From the NCBI GenBank assembly GCA_016207245.1, contig JACQQA010000008.1, positions 1 to 58,551 on the forward strand: a stretch of 58,551 nt of DNA, read 5' to 3'. The notes below the pieces were generated by a model. That model worked only from the letters and a program-made list of their open reading frames with translations, was not told the origin of the DNA and ran no database searches. A program made the position numbers and the translations under genes. This document shows positions 30,301 to 39,885 of the stretch, piece by piece; within the stretch, counting starts at the first letter, position 1, and each line of letters starts with the position of its first letter. Source of the DNA: Candidatus Magasanikiibacteriota bacterium. Lineage in GTDB: Bacteria; Patescibacteriota; Patescibacteriia; Magasanikbacterales; UBA922.

Positions 30301-30330
30301 AAAAACTCCGGCGCGTTGCTGGAGTTTTTT
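30301..30330. terminator. Bidirectional terminator between convergent tRNA clusters
   Basis: aaaaactccggc-gcgtt-gctggagttttt. Confidence 0.75.
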
Positions 30331-30372
30331 GCCATACAGTATCGGGCTCGGGTTTGTGTTTTAAAGCCCTAG

Positions 30373-30445
<73 letters not shown>

Positions 30446-30464
30446 ACGGCTTCGTTTCACTAAG

Positions 30465-30538
30465 TTGCGGGGGTGGGATTTGAACCCACGACCTCGGGGT
30501 TATGGGCCCCGCGAGCTGCCGGGCTGCTCTACCCCGCG
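30465..30538 (-). tRNA. Initiator tRNA-fMet (CAU)
   Basis: C1:A72 mismatch, GGG/CCC anticodon stem, anticodon CAT. Confidence 0.92.
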
Positions 30539-30673
30539 GCGCTGTTGATTTTGGTGTCTATAATTATACCCTGATAAAATTCTGCTGTCAAGCGCCAAGA
30601 GCGAAAAAAAAGTTGACAAAACCCCTTTTTTGTGCTATACTATATATATTGATTATATATTTAAACTATTTTT

Positions 30674-32899
30674 ATGCTCTTCCAAACGAAAGGATCGGCG
30701 GCAATCTTAAGAAGTGCCGCGATTTTAGCAGGCGTTATACTTTTGGCGGCTGTTTTTTTAATTATAAAACCGGCTTTGGCGCAATCAGAAGTGGCGGCTG
30801 AAGTACCGGCCGACGCCCCAGCTACGGTTTCATTGTCGAACGAATCGGCTGCCGAAATTTCATCAGAACCGGTATTGATATCAGAACCGACAGAATCGGC
30901 GCCGACAGCAGAAGAACTAGTCGCGGAAGAACAGCCAGTATCCGCGGAAGCGCAAATGGATTCCAAAGTTACTCTCCAGGATTTGGGAGCGAGTAACGCT
31001 AAAATTTTACCAAACAGTTTTTTCTACGGTTTTAAAAGATTCGGCCGGGCGTTTAGCGAGGCTTTCACTTTCAACCCGGTGAAAAAGGCGGAATTAAAAC
31101 TTGAACACGCCAATCAGGAATTGGCCGACGCCACCAAATTGATCGCGCAGCAGCCAACCGATAGCAAAGCGCTGGAAGCGGTCGCCGGATCATTGGAAAA
31201 ATTTCAAAATAAAATCGCTGATTTGAAAAATCTAACGCAGGATTTGCAGAAGGAGCAAGCCGGCGGGGATAAAAATGTTGGGAAATTCATTACCAATGTT
31301 TTGGATCAGCAGATAAAACAGCAAAAAGTTTTTGAACTGATTCAAGGCGGGATGATAAAAAATATGCCGGCGCGGTTCGCCGAAGAAATGTTGGGGAGAA
31401 TTAACGACGCGCGCCAGGCTACAGCGGAAAATACCGCCGGAGTTGTTACTGATGTGGTAAAGGACGCTGATTCTTTGGCGGGGTATTTTGACGCCGCCAT
31501 GCAAAATCAGCCGGGCAGTGAATTTAAAGAGATTAAGAATCTTGAGGCGCTAAAGCGGGTGGAGCAATTTGTTCCGGAATTTGCCAAGGACGCGATCCGC
31601 CAGGCGCAAGACAACGCGTTCAAGCGGTTCGGCGCGCGAATGGAAAAGATGCCTGCCGGCGAGAGAGCGCAGAAATTTGAAGATTATGTCGGAGGAATGA
31701 ATGGCGATGGATTGCGCCAGATGGAAATTTTTGACCAATTGGAAAACGCGCCGGAATTGCCGCCGGAAATTATGGACAAGATGGAGACAGCCAAAGATAT
31801 AACAGCTCGTAAATTTCAAAATCAAGTTGAGCAAACCAGTCAAAAATTTGATGATAACGCGCAGGCCAGGCCGGCGCTCGGGCGTTACTTTTCCAGTGTT
31901 GATTTGGGCGAACCGGACGTGGATAAACTGCGGGTCATGGAAGAAATCCGCAAGCGGGTTAAATTTGATGACGCGAATTTGAATCAAGAAATGGATAATC
32001 AACGTTCTAAAATGATTGATAATTTTCAAGGACAGTTCAACCAGACGGACGGCCAAGGAGTGTCTGAAGAATTTACTCGTTTCAGCGAACAAATGGCGCA
32101 GAGGCCGGATCCGACGACCTTTCAATTGATGAACGCGTTTGAAGATAAAATGAAAGCCGACCCCAAAAAACTTGAAATGCTTGGCAAAATGAGGCAGGAA
32201 GTGAAGGCTCAATTTGTTGAACAGGCGCAAAAAGAGCCGGATAAATTTTTCAGCCGCATCACAACCAACAATCCGGAGGATTTAGCGGTGTTTAATGACT
32301 TGAAAGAAGAATTTAAAAACAATCCGGAACAATTTTTAGTTCAGCCGCCAAAGGATAATTTTCAACCAATGCAGCCAAGCCAACCATTCCAACCAATGCC
32401 GATGAATGAGTTTTTTGATCAGGCAATTCAAAAACAAACCGAAGCCATCACCGGACAACTTGGCGAGATAAAAAAGCCGGAAGAATTTGAGCAATTCAAT
32501 AAAAAGTTTGAAGGGATGGGGCAGGAAATGAAATCGGGGGTGATGAACACACTTAATCAGCAGTCGCAGAATTTTCAGCAGAAATTTAACTCAAAACAAG
32601 AGTTTATTCAGGATTTTAAAATGAAACCGCCGGAGGTTGGCGGGCAGGGCATGTCGGGCGGACAAGCGTCTAACGTGATGAATCCGCCAAAAGAAAATTT
32701 TCAAGGGCAACCGCAACAAAATAGTTTCGCGCCAAAACCAATGATGCAGCCACAACCCATGAATGAACCTAAACCGGAGATTCAGGTTAATCAGATTAAG
32801 GAACCGATGATGGTTCAGCCGGTCAACAATAATATGAATGGCGGATTTGAAAAACCGCAGATTTCTTTGCCGGAGCCGCAACCGATGATGAATAATTAA
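30674..32899 (+). CDS. Membrane-anchored DUF5667-like protein with Q/P/M/N-rich tail
   Basis: N-terminal TM/signal; LPNSFFYGFKR..FTFNPVKKAE motif. Confidence 0.78.
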   Translation: MLFQTKGSAAILRSAAILAGVILLAAVFLIIKPALAQSEVAAEVPADAPATVSLSNESAAEISSEPVLISEPTESAPTAEELVAEEQPVSAEAQMDSKVTLQDLGASNAKILPNSFFYGFKRFGRAFSEAFTFNPVKKAELKLEHANQELADATKLIAQQPTDSKALEAVAGSLEKFQNKIADLKNLTQDLQKEQAGGDKNVGKFITNVLDQQIKQQKVFELIQGGMIKNMPARFAEEMLGRINDARQATAENTAGVVTDVVKDADSLAGYFDAAMQNQPGSEFKEIKNLEALKRVEQFVPEFAKDAIRQAQDNAFKRFGARMEKMPAGERAQKFEDYVGGMNGDGLRQMEIFDQLENAPELPPEIMDKMETAKDITARKFQNQVEQTSQKFDDNAQARPALGRYFSSVDLGEPDVDKLRVMEEIRKRVKFDDANLNQEMDNQRSKMIDNFQGQFNQTDGQGVSEEFTRFSEQMAQRPDPTTFQLMNAFEDKMKADPKKLEMLGKMRQEVKAQFVEQAQKEPDKFFSRITTNNPEDLAVFNDLKEEFKNNPEQFLVQPPKDNFQPMQPSQPFQPMPMNEFFDQAIQKQTEAITGQLGEIKKPEEFEQFNKKFEGMGQEMKSGVMNTLNQQSQNFQQKFNSKQEFIQDFKMKPPEVGGQGMSGGQASNVMNPPKENFQGQPQQNSFAPKPMMQPQPMNEPKPEIQVNQIKEPMMVQPVNNNMNGGFEKPQISLPEPQPMMNN

Positions 32900-32958
32900 C
32901 CCGCCTACGTCCCGCCATGGCGGGACTACGGCGTGGCGAAGCAATTAACAAGCGATTG

Positions 32959-32982
32959 GCAAACCCCCGTGTCGGGGGTTTT
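32959..32982 (+). terminator. Intrinsic terminator
   Basis: aaacccccg-tgt-cgggggttt. Confidence 0.65.
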
Positions 32983-33188
32983 GTCGTGCTTGATATTTAA
33001 CAGCAGGATGGTAATCACAATCATTTTTTATATTCTTTAAGCAAAAATCCATTCGCGTTGTCCCCACATCTTCATCTTAAACATTAAGAAAAAAATGTGG
33101 TGTGCGAATGGATCTTCGTGCTCGCACCATCCACAGCCATTTATGGCGGGTCGCGAGCTTGCATGTTGTCCTCCTTATGTTTACTGTA

Positions 33189-34394
33189 CTATTTTAGAAC
33201 GGCGACTGTACCACCCGGCAGTTCGCCCGGTCTGAGCATGTGTCGGTTTACGAGGGTTGCTCGAACTTTTACAGTTCTCGGTGCTGTCGGGTCGTCACCG
33301 CACCCCTTCTCTCGTCGTGTGTGTGCCCGTCGCCAGTGAATGGGGAGCGTGTACCCTCCCTTTTTGTCTCTGTCCGTCAGCACTAACCGACGTTCCTCGG
33401 CAGTGAGGAAATGTTCGGCCGTGACGGCGCAGACCATAGCACTGTCGGTGATGCATCCGCGCCTGCCATCGTGCGGTTGGACGGGTATGCGCCGGAATGG
33501 GAGCCGGATTTGTGGTGGAAGGGTTTCAAGGTAAGTGCAGAGATTGACTACCAACCTAATGGCGCTGTCGTACAGCCCCCATGGTTCGTCCTCGCCAGTT
33601 CGGGTTGGCAATCCGGCTTCTGTACGCATGTCGAAAGCGTGGTCGGTGACGTTACGCTCCGCAATGGCTTCGTATGGCAAACCCACAGATTCTACACCTT
33701 CACTATTGTGTTTGTGGCAGCAGTCACCCCACCAGCACGCCCAACGACGATAAGCATCGTTTGCCTTTTGCCATTTTTGCTGTCTCACCAGCCGTTCCAT
33801 TGTTTCTCTGGCTTGTCTGTGGCAATGGGCGTATACACCCATGAGTTCGGAAAACAGCATGATAAAGACGGGGCTCGTGTCTTTATCTTGGGTGTTCAGC
33901 GGTATGCGGGATGCAAGTATGCAATCGTAGGAAATTCCGCGGTCGATAAGCGGTTTATCCAATGCGATTGCAAAGGCGGAGAATGGCCAACCGACATCGT
34001 CCCAGCACAGCCCCCGCAGTGATGTGGCGGTAAGAAGCTGTGTGAGTTCTTCGGTAATATGAAACACTCGACGAGAAGAGCGTGTCCACACCGAAAGAAG
34101 ATAAGGGATTCTGGATAGACAGGTTAGCTGCTGAGCTGCTTTTTCGTGTCCGTCCGCGTCAGTGGTTGGGTTGGGAGGGATGAAACGTTCATCAATCCAA
34201 CCAGAGGGCTTTCCGTTGTTGCTCGACGCGAGCAATGACCTGCGGAAGTCTGGCGCGTGGATGAATGGTGAGTCAGGAAGAGGGTCTCGGACCCTAGCGG
34301 CTTTGTACATAGCCTTTCTTGCTGTGACAATGGCACAGCGGTCTTCCCAGCACCGCAGAGCTTCTTCTAGTCGCCACGCCATTTGGCCTTTCAT
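33189..34394 (-). CDS. Hypothetical protein with C-terminal HWRRxH motif (phage-type)
   Basis: AAGGAGG SD before ATG 34394; PIHWRRAHTRR; atypical codon style. Confidence 0.7.
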   Translation of the reverse strand: MKGQMAWRLEEALRCWEDRCAIVTARKAMYKAARVRDPLPDSPFIHAPDFRRSLLASSNNGKPSGWIDERFIPPNPTTDADGHEKAAQQLTCLSRIPYLLSVWTRSSRRVFHITEELTQLLTATSLRGLCWDDVGWPFSAFAIALDKPLIDRGISYDCILASRIPLNTQDKDTSPVFIMLFSELMGVYAHCHRQARETMERLVRQQKWQKANDAYRRWACWWGDCCHKHNSEGVESVGLPYEAIAERNVTDHAFDMRTEAGLPTRTGEDEPWGLYDSAIRLVVNLCTYLETLPPQIRLPFRRIPVQPHDGRRGCITDSAMVCAVTAEHFLTAEERRLVLTDRDKKGGYTLPIHWRRAHTRREKGCGDDPTAPRTVKVRATLVNRHMLRPGELPGGTVAVLK

Positions 34395-34538
34395 GAGATC
34401 CTCCTTATCTTTGTTGGCAGTCGGTTTATAAAATATAAAGAACATCTATTACTGTATCTTACCTTCATTATATACACATTTTTTTGTTTTTGTCAAGACC
34501 TTGACTAAATCTTTATTTTCCGTCAAAATAACCGCGTT

Positions 34539-35624
34539 ATGGAACATGTTGCGCATATCAGTAAAAACAAACAAACATTGGAATTGCGGTTCGCGATTTT
34601 GAAATTGATCCGCGAATGGTTTTGGTCGCAAGGATTTACCGAAGTTGAAACGCCGAATATCGTCAAAGTCCCCGGGCAAGAACCATATCTTTCGCCGATG
34701 CCGGTAAAGTTGCATAATGAGCAAGGCGAGGAATTTTTTGGTTATCTCCATACTTCGCCGGAATATACCATGAAAAAAATGCTGGCGGCCGGTTTTGACA
34801 AGATTTTTTCTTTGGGGAAATGCTACCGCGATTACGAAAGTTTCGGCGGAACGCATAATCCGGAATTTACGATGCTGGAGTGGTATAGGGTGGAGAGTGA
34901 TTATAAAAAAATAATGGAGGATGTGGAGGAGTTGATCGGGTTTATTATACAGAAGTTGATGGAACATAGAACATTGAACATGGAACACCGAACGAAAGAT
35001 CTTTGCTCCATGCTCAATGCTCAATGTTCAATACGGGTTAGTATGAGCGATTTATGGGAGAAATTTGTCGAAGTGGATTTGGATGAGTGTCTGACGAGCG
35101 AGGCCATGTTGAGATTGTGCAGAGAAAAAAAATATGATGCGAAAGACAGCGAGAGCTATGAGGATTTGTTTTATCGGATATTTTTGAATGAGATTGAGCC
35201 GAAATTGAAAGAAGTGGGCGGTATAATTATTTATGATTATCCGGCAAAACTGGCGGCGCTGTCGCGTTTATCCGCGTCAGATCCGCGTTATGCCGAACGG
35301 TTTGAGGTTTATGTGAACGGTATAGAGTTGGCTAACGCTTTTTCCGAACTGACTGACACGGATGAGCAATTAAAACGTTTAAAAGAGGAACAAGAATTGA
35401 GACGAAAGCTCGGCAAAGAGGTTTATAATATAGATGAAGAATTTCTGTTAGCGGTCGGACAAATGCCAAAGTCAGCTGGCATTGCCTTGGGAGTTGATCG
35501 GCTGGTTCAGATCATTGCGGCCCTTCGGCATGGCTCCCCTCGGCCTGAGCTCGGGACGAAGGCAGGGCAAGTTTGCAAAAACATTGACGATGTGATAACA
35601 TTGCCAGCGAGTAAACTATTTTAA
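34539..35624 (+). CDS. epmA: EF-P lysine aminoacylase (two in-frame repeat insertions)
   Basis: YLHTSPEYTMKK, HNPEFTMLEWY, ERFEVY..ELANAFSEL, GIALGVDRL; adjacent to efp. Confidence 0.93.
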   Translation: MEHVAHISKNKQTLELRFAILKLIREWFWSQGFTEVETPNIVKVPGQEPYLSPMPVKLHNEQGEEFFGYLHTSPEYTMKKMLAAGFDKIFSLGKCYRDYESFGGTHNPEFTMLEWYRVESDYKKIMEDVEELIGFIIQKLMEHRTLNMEHRTKDLCSMLNAQCSIRVSMSDLWEKFVEVDLDECLTSEAMLRLCREKKYDAKDSESYEDLFYRIFLNEIEPKLKEVGGIIIYDYPAKLAALSRLSASDPRYAERFEVYVNGIELANAFSELTDTDEQLKRLKEEQELRRKLGKEVYNIDEEFLLAVGQMPKSAGIALGVDRLVQIIAALRHGSPRPELGTKAGQVCKNIDDVITLPASKLF

Positions 35625-35625
35625 T

Positions 35626-36198
35626 ATGGGCGACACGACTGATATCCACAAAGGCGCGGTGATAAAACACAATAATGATTTGTATGTGGTTACTTTCGCG
35701 CAGTTTGTAAATCCGGGCAAGGGTTCGGCTTTTGTTAAAACAAAATTGAAAAGTATTTCTTCCGGCAAAGGCACGGAAATTACCTACAAAAGCGGCGAGT
35801 CGGTTGATACTGTAAGCGTTGAATATGTCAACATGCAATATTTATACAACAACACGCGGACGTATTCTTTCATGAACAAAGATACTTTTGAAACTGTTGA
35901 TGTTGGCGCGGATTTGCTCGGTGATGATGTAAAATTTTTAAAAGAAGGTTTGGAAGTGGTGATGGCCACGCACGAAGACCGCGTGGTTGCCATGCAGCTG
36001 CCGAAAAAAATTAAATATACGGTCAAAGACGCTCCGCCGGCGATTAAAGGCGACAGCGCGTCCGGCAATGTGACGAAAGAGATTGTTATGGATAATGGTT
36101 TGATAGTCTACGCGCCGATTTTTATTAAAGAAGGCGAGGAGATTCTCGTCAACACCGAGACCGGCGAGTATAGCGGGAGAGCGGGGGAAAATAGTTAG
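35626..36198 (+). CDS. efp: Elongation factor P
   Basis: NPGKGSAF, PPAIKGD, PIFIKEGE. Confidence 0.95.
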   Translation: MGDTTDIHKGAVIKHNNDLYVVTFAQFVNPGKGSAFVKTKLKSISSGKGTEITYKSGESVDTVSVEYVNMQYLYNNTRTYSFMNKDTFETVDVGADLLGDDVKFLKEGLEVVMATHEDRVVAMQLPKKIKYTVKDAPPAIKGDSASGNVTKEIVMDNGLIVYAPIFIKEGEEILVNTETGEYSGRAGENS

Positions 36199-36264
36199 TA
36201 AGTTGGTAAGTGAATAAGTGTGTAAGTAAAAATCCGCTGAGAGGCGGATTTTATTTGTAAGTGT

Positions 36265-36552
36265 TTAGACTGCCGACAAAATCAAAAATATCTGAATCGC
36301 CAGAATTATTGCCAGTATCGCTTGGAACGATATTTTTTTCGTTTTATGCCGAAAGAAATGCATGCCAAGCAGGGTTCCGAGCGAACCGCCGATGAGGGCT
36401 GACAACCAAAGAGTTTTTTCGCTGACGCGGCGGCGGTTTAGCTGTGCTTTCATTTTATCAACGCCGATGTAAAAAAAGCTGATTAAATTTATCAGCAGAA
36501 AATATAAAAGCAAGATTTGAGTTGGCAGATTAAGTTCTAAAAACCAGCGCAT
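36265..36552 (-). CDS. DUF1294 family membrane protein
   Basis: DKMKA..RRVSEKTL..GGSLG..FRHKTKK. Confidence 0.85.
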   Translation of the reverse strand: MRWFLELNLPTQILLLYFLLINLISFFYIGVDKMKAQLNRRRVSEKTLWLSALIGGSLGTLLGMHFFRHKTKKISFQAILAIILAIQIFLILSAV

Positions 36553-36625
36553 AGAAATTGTGAGAGACTGGACTGCTTCGTCCCCCGCCATGGCGGGGTC
36601 CTCGCAATGACGGCGCGATTCACCG

Positions 36626-37165
36626 TCAATTTGTATGATGAAATTTGCGGTCTTGTTCGGCAAGCTCAATCAGGGCTTGGCGTACTTCATTTGGGCTGGG
36701 AATATCGCGGAAGATAATTTGGGAATTGTCAGAAGAGGTTTTAACGTATAGATTGCCATATTTAAACATCGTGGCGAAGAAACCGGAGGTCTCCACGGTG
36801 ACGTCTTGAATATTATACAGATCAAGCTCGGAAATTGTGCGAGAGAATAGCCCATGCTGTTCAATGTCAACAATGCGGTCGTTGGTGACGATCCAGAGGT
36901 CAAGATAAAAATCAATAAATTGGCCGTAGAAAAATAAGTAGATGCTTAAATAAAATATACTGGCGAATAACACTAAAACCGGATAAGACAGTTGGCCGGT
37001 TAGAAGCTGTGGAAAGAGATTATTAACTAAAAAATACATCGCGACTGGCACCAATAGCAATATAATAAAAACACCAAGAATCGGCAAAAAAGTCAGCGGA
37101 TGACGGCGCAGGTAATATTCGATTTTTTCGTACGGTTTTTGTTTTATGAGATGCGCTACCTGCAT
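36626..37165 (-). CDS. Bacterial PH-domain membrane protein
   Basis: Two TM helices; WIVTNDRIVDIEQHGLF, IQDV, YGNL. Confidence 0.82.
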   Translation of the reverse strand: MQVAHLIKQKPYEKIEYYLRRHPLTFLPILGVFIILLLVPVAMYFLVNNLFPQLLTGQLSYPVLVLFASIFYLSIYLFFYGQFIDFYLDLWIVTNDRIVDIEQHGLFSRTISELDLYNIQDVTVETSGFFATMFKYGNLYVKTSSDNSQIIFRDIPSPNEVRQALIELAEQDRKFHHTN

Positions 37166-37166
37166 A

Positions 37167-37427
37167 TTAAAACTGAAATATATTTGAAATCCAGTTGCTG
37201 TTGAATAAAACAACCGGAGTTTGCCAGTCTATTTCAATCAGCAATTGTTGGGTAAAATACAGAGTGAGAATAGTCAAGGAAAAAATAAAAAAAGAGATGA
37301 TAAAACTCACCAGTGTAAATGAGGCGGTTTCCAGAACGTGATAAAAGTTTAAAATTGAAAATACAGCAAAAATCGCCAAAAAAATCAGGTAGGCGAAGAG
37401 GAAAAAGTAGAGAGGAACGGTTAGCAT
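37167..37427 (-). CDS. Small membrane protein
   Basis: Two TM helices, coupled to downstream gene. Confidence 0.7.
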   Translation of the reverse strand: MLTVPLYFFLFAYLIFLAIFAVFSILNFYHVLETASFTLVSFIISFFIFSLTILTLYFTQQLLIEIDWQTPVVLFNSNWISNIFQF

Positions 37428-37429
37428 AC

Positions 37430-37536
37430 GAAATGTCTAATGTCTAATTTCTAATTACAAATAAAATTTCCAACGTCAATTTTTATTGGGCATTTGTCAT
37501 TTTATTAGAAATTTGACATTTGGAATTAGAAATTTT
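37430..37536. repeat. Heptamer inverted-arm cassette (tgtctaa/tttctaa type)
   Basis: aatgtctaatgtctaatttctaatt ... attagaaatttgacatttggaattagaaattt. Confidence 0.75.
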
Positions 37537-38587
37537 AAAGCAGTTCTTCTTGCGGTCTATATTTGTTTTCCACATTTAAGTGTTTGTACGCTTCTCTCGT
37601 TGCTTTTCTTCCTCTCGGCGTGCGTTCCAGCATACCGATTTGCATCAAATATGGCTCATAGACCGATTCAATCGTATCCATTTCCTCGGCAATCGCGGCG
37701 GACAGAGTGTTGAGGCCGACTGGACCGCCGGAAAATTTGTGGATAATCGCGTGGAGAATTTTTCGGTCAACTTCATCCAGCCCGTGCTGGTCAACATTAA
37801 GCATATCAAGAGCTGATTGGGCGGCTTGTTTATGTATTCTACCACCAAATCTGACTTCCGCGAAATCACGCACTCGTTTTAACAAGCGATTGGCGACGCG
37901 CGGGGTGCGGCGGGAGCGCGCGGCGATTAGGGAAACCGCCTCGGGTTCAATTTCCGCGGACAAGATTTTAGCATTGCGGTTAACGATTTTTTCAATATCT
38001 TCCGGCTCATAAAAATTCAAATGGAAAACATGGCCGAACCGATCGCGCAACGGGCTGGAGAGCAAACTGATTTTGGTTGTGGCGCCGATCAGCGTAAATT
38101 TATTCAAGGGCATGCGCATCGTGCGCGCGGCCGGGCCTTTGCCGATAATGATATCAACCGCGAAGTCCTCCATTGCCGCGTATAAAACTTCTTCAATGGT
38201 TTTGTTCATGCGATGGATTTCGTCAATAAATAAAACATCACCCTCTTCCAAGTTAGACAAAATTGCCGCCAGGTCGCCCACTCGTTCCAGCGCCGGACCG
38301 GCCGTTACTTTAATGTTGCCGCCCATTTCTCTGGCGATAATATTTGCTAAAGTTGTTTTTCCCAGTCCGGGGTTGCCGTAAAGCAAGATATGTTCAATCG
38401 GTTCATTGCGTTTTTGCGCGGCTTCAATGGAAATATTTAGCGGTTCTTTGATCTGGTTTTGGCCGACAAAATCAACCAGTGTTTGGGGACGGAGGGTAAC
38501 CTCTATTTTTTCTTCGCCGTCTTCTGTCTTGGCGCTAACGATTCTAGGAGCAAGATTTTCGTCTAATTGGTAGATTTCTTCGTCCAT
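37535..38587 (-). CDS. ruvB: Holliday junction helicase RuvB
   Basis: LRPQTL, GNPGLGKTT, FIDEIHR, YEPYL, RTPRGR. Confidence 0.97.
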   Translation of the reverse strand: MDEEIYQLDENLAPRIVSAKTEDGEEKIEVTLRPQTLVDFVGQNQIKEPLNISIEAAQKRNEPIEHILLYGNPGLGKTTLANIIAREMGGNIKVTAGPALERVGDLAAILSNLEEGDVLFIDEIHRMNKTIEEVLYAAMEDFAVDIIIGKGPAARTMRMPLNKFTLIGATTKISLLSSPLRDRFGHVFHLNFYEPEDIEKIVNRNAKILSAEIEPEAVSLIAARSRRTPRVANRLLKRVRDFAEVRFGGRIHKQAAQSALDMLNVDQHGLDEVDRKILHAIIHKFSGGPVGLNTLSAAIAEEMDTIESVYEPYLMQIGMLERTPRGRKATREAYKHLNVENKYRPQEELL

Positions 38588-38734
38588 AATGCTTGTATTG
38601 TACAGCAAGAAAGTGGTGTTGACAAGGTTGATGATTTGTTGTATGATATATTATTCTTCTCATGGTGGGAGGGATACCTGTCCCGGGTATAGGGAAAACT
38701 TTTGGGCGATAAAAAAGCCCAGAGGAGGTTCGTC

Positions 38735-39511
38735 ATGGTTAGTCCATTGGTGAGAGTAAAGGATTATACAATGGGGCAGTTGGCGGCTTTGGTTCACAAG
38801 GTGGAGCGTGCGGGAGCCACTGTGGACGAGGTGCTGGCAGATTCCAAACTGCTGAAGGTGGTCGGTGCCGATGACATTTCGGCTCCATACTTCACCCGCC
38901 TCGTTACCGAAGAGTCGATCGTGTCGGCTCTCAGCCATGCGATGTCGGAGCAGGAGGCGGGAAAGCTGTGCGAGGCCGGACTGAAATGCGCGGTGGATCA
39001 CTTCGACTATCACGGCTCCCCGTTCTGGACGTCTCGCGCCGGCTTCACACTGAGGTCGCACGCGGTCAAGCTGGGATCCTGCTACCAGGATTTTCAGTAC
39101 TTGCATGGCTGGGACTTTGAGGACCGTCCCACCACTGACTCGGTGCTGTTCTGTCCGCCCCGTCTGGTTCCTGACAGTTTGGGCAAGAACGTGGACAAGC
39201 AGATGGTCTTGCTGGCCAAACTGCGGGAGAAGTTCGGTCTGCCGGCTTACTTCTTCAACTCCTTCGGCGAGTCGTCCACGCTGTCTGGCATCATCCTGAC
39301 AAACTACAACCAGACAGGTGAATGCGTCCCGTTGAATGGGCTGTGGGTGCGCACCAACACCCGCCTCCGCGGCGGTGGCGGCCGGCTCGGTCTCGGCGGC
39401 TTCAGCCGCGATGGCTTGGGCTGCGACGACTGGGGCTGGGGCGGTGCCGGCAGCAGCATCGGTTGTCTCGCTCCGGGGGTGGTGGACTTGGGGAAGTCCG
39501 CCAACCTGTAG
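38735..39511 (+). CDS. Putative DGR target (variable) protein
   Basis: AGGAGG SD; C-terminal WVRT..RLGLGGF..GLGCDDWGWGG..SSIG built from A-poor NNC/NNT codons; RT fragment downstream. Confidence 0.68.
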   Translation: MVSPLVRVKDYTMGQLAALVHKVERAGATVDEVLADSKLLKVVGADDISAPYFTRLVTEESIVSALSHAMSEQEAGKLCEAGLKCAVDHFDYHGSPFWTSRAGFTLRSHAVKLGSCYQDFQYLHGWDFEDRPTTDSVLFCPPRLVPDSLGKNVDKQMVLLAKLREKFGLPAYFFNSFGESSTLSGIILTNYNQTGECVPLNGLWVRTNTRLRGGGGRLGLGGFSRDGLGCDDWGWGGAGSSIGCLAPGVVDLGKSANL

Positions 39512-39561
39512 AACGTGTGGTGTATTTGGTACCAAACGGTACCCTGTACACCCGAACCCCT

Positions 39562-39598
39562 GAACCCCCGTGCTTCGCGCCGGGGGTTCTTGTCTTTT
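39562..39598 (+). terminator. Hairpin/terminator after DGR target
   Basis: gaacccccg...cgggggttc followed by T-rich tract. Confidence 0.65.
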
Positions 39599-39602
39599 AT
39601 AT

Positions 39603-39782
39603 AACAACCGCCGTGTTTTGCGGACGAAAACAAAAAAGAGAATGTTTGCAAGAATAGAAATCCATTCGACTAAAGGAAATCTGTGTTCTTATTTAGGATT
39701 AGTGAAGCATGGAAATTGTTTTGAGTTGAAGCAGAGAATTTTGGAAAGTCAAAAATCTGCTGACGCGGGTTTTAGCTGTTGA
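39603..39782 (+). pseudogene. C-terminal fragment of DGR-type reverse transcriptase
   Basis: RRVLRTKTKKRMFARI..SYLGLVKHGN matches my recollection of the RT thumb-region motif; no upstream RT domains. Confidence 0.65.
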
Positions 39783-39885
39783 TGGAAGTCGCCGTCATTA
39801 ATATTTTTTTCGGGCTGGTTTTGAGCGGAGATGGTGCGCTTGTTTTCATTGTCAAATATTCTATAGTGGTCTGTTGTGTGTTTGG

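Noticed and set aside
38660-39607. 315-aa minus-strand ORF
   Set aside because: Antisense shadow of the GC-rich plus-strand gene, which has the SD and the recognisable tail.
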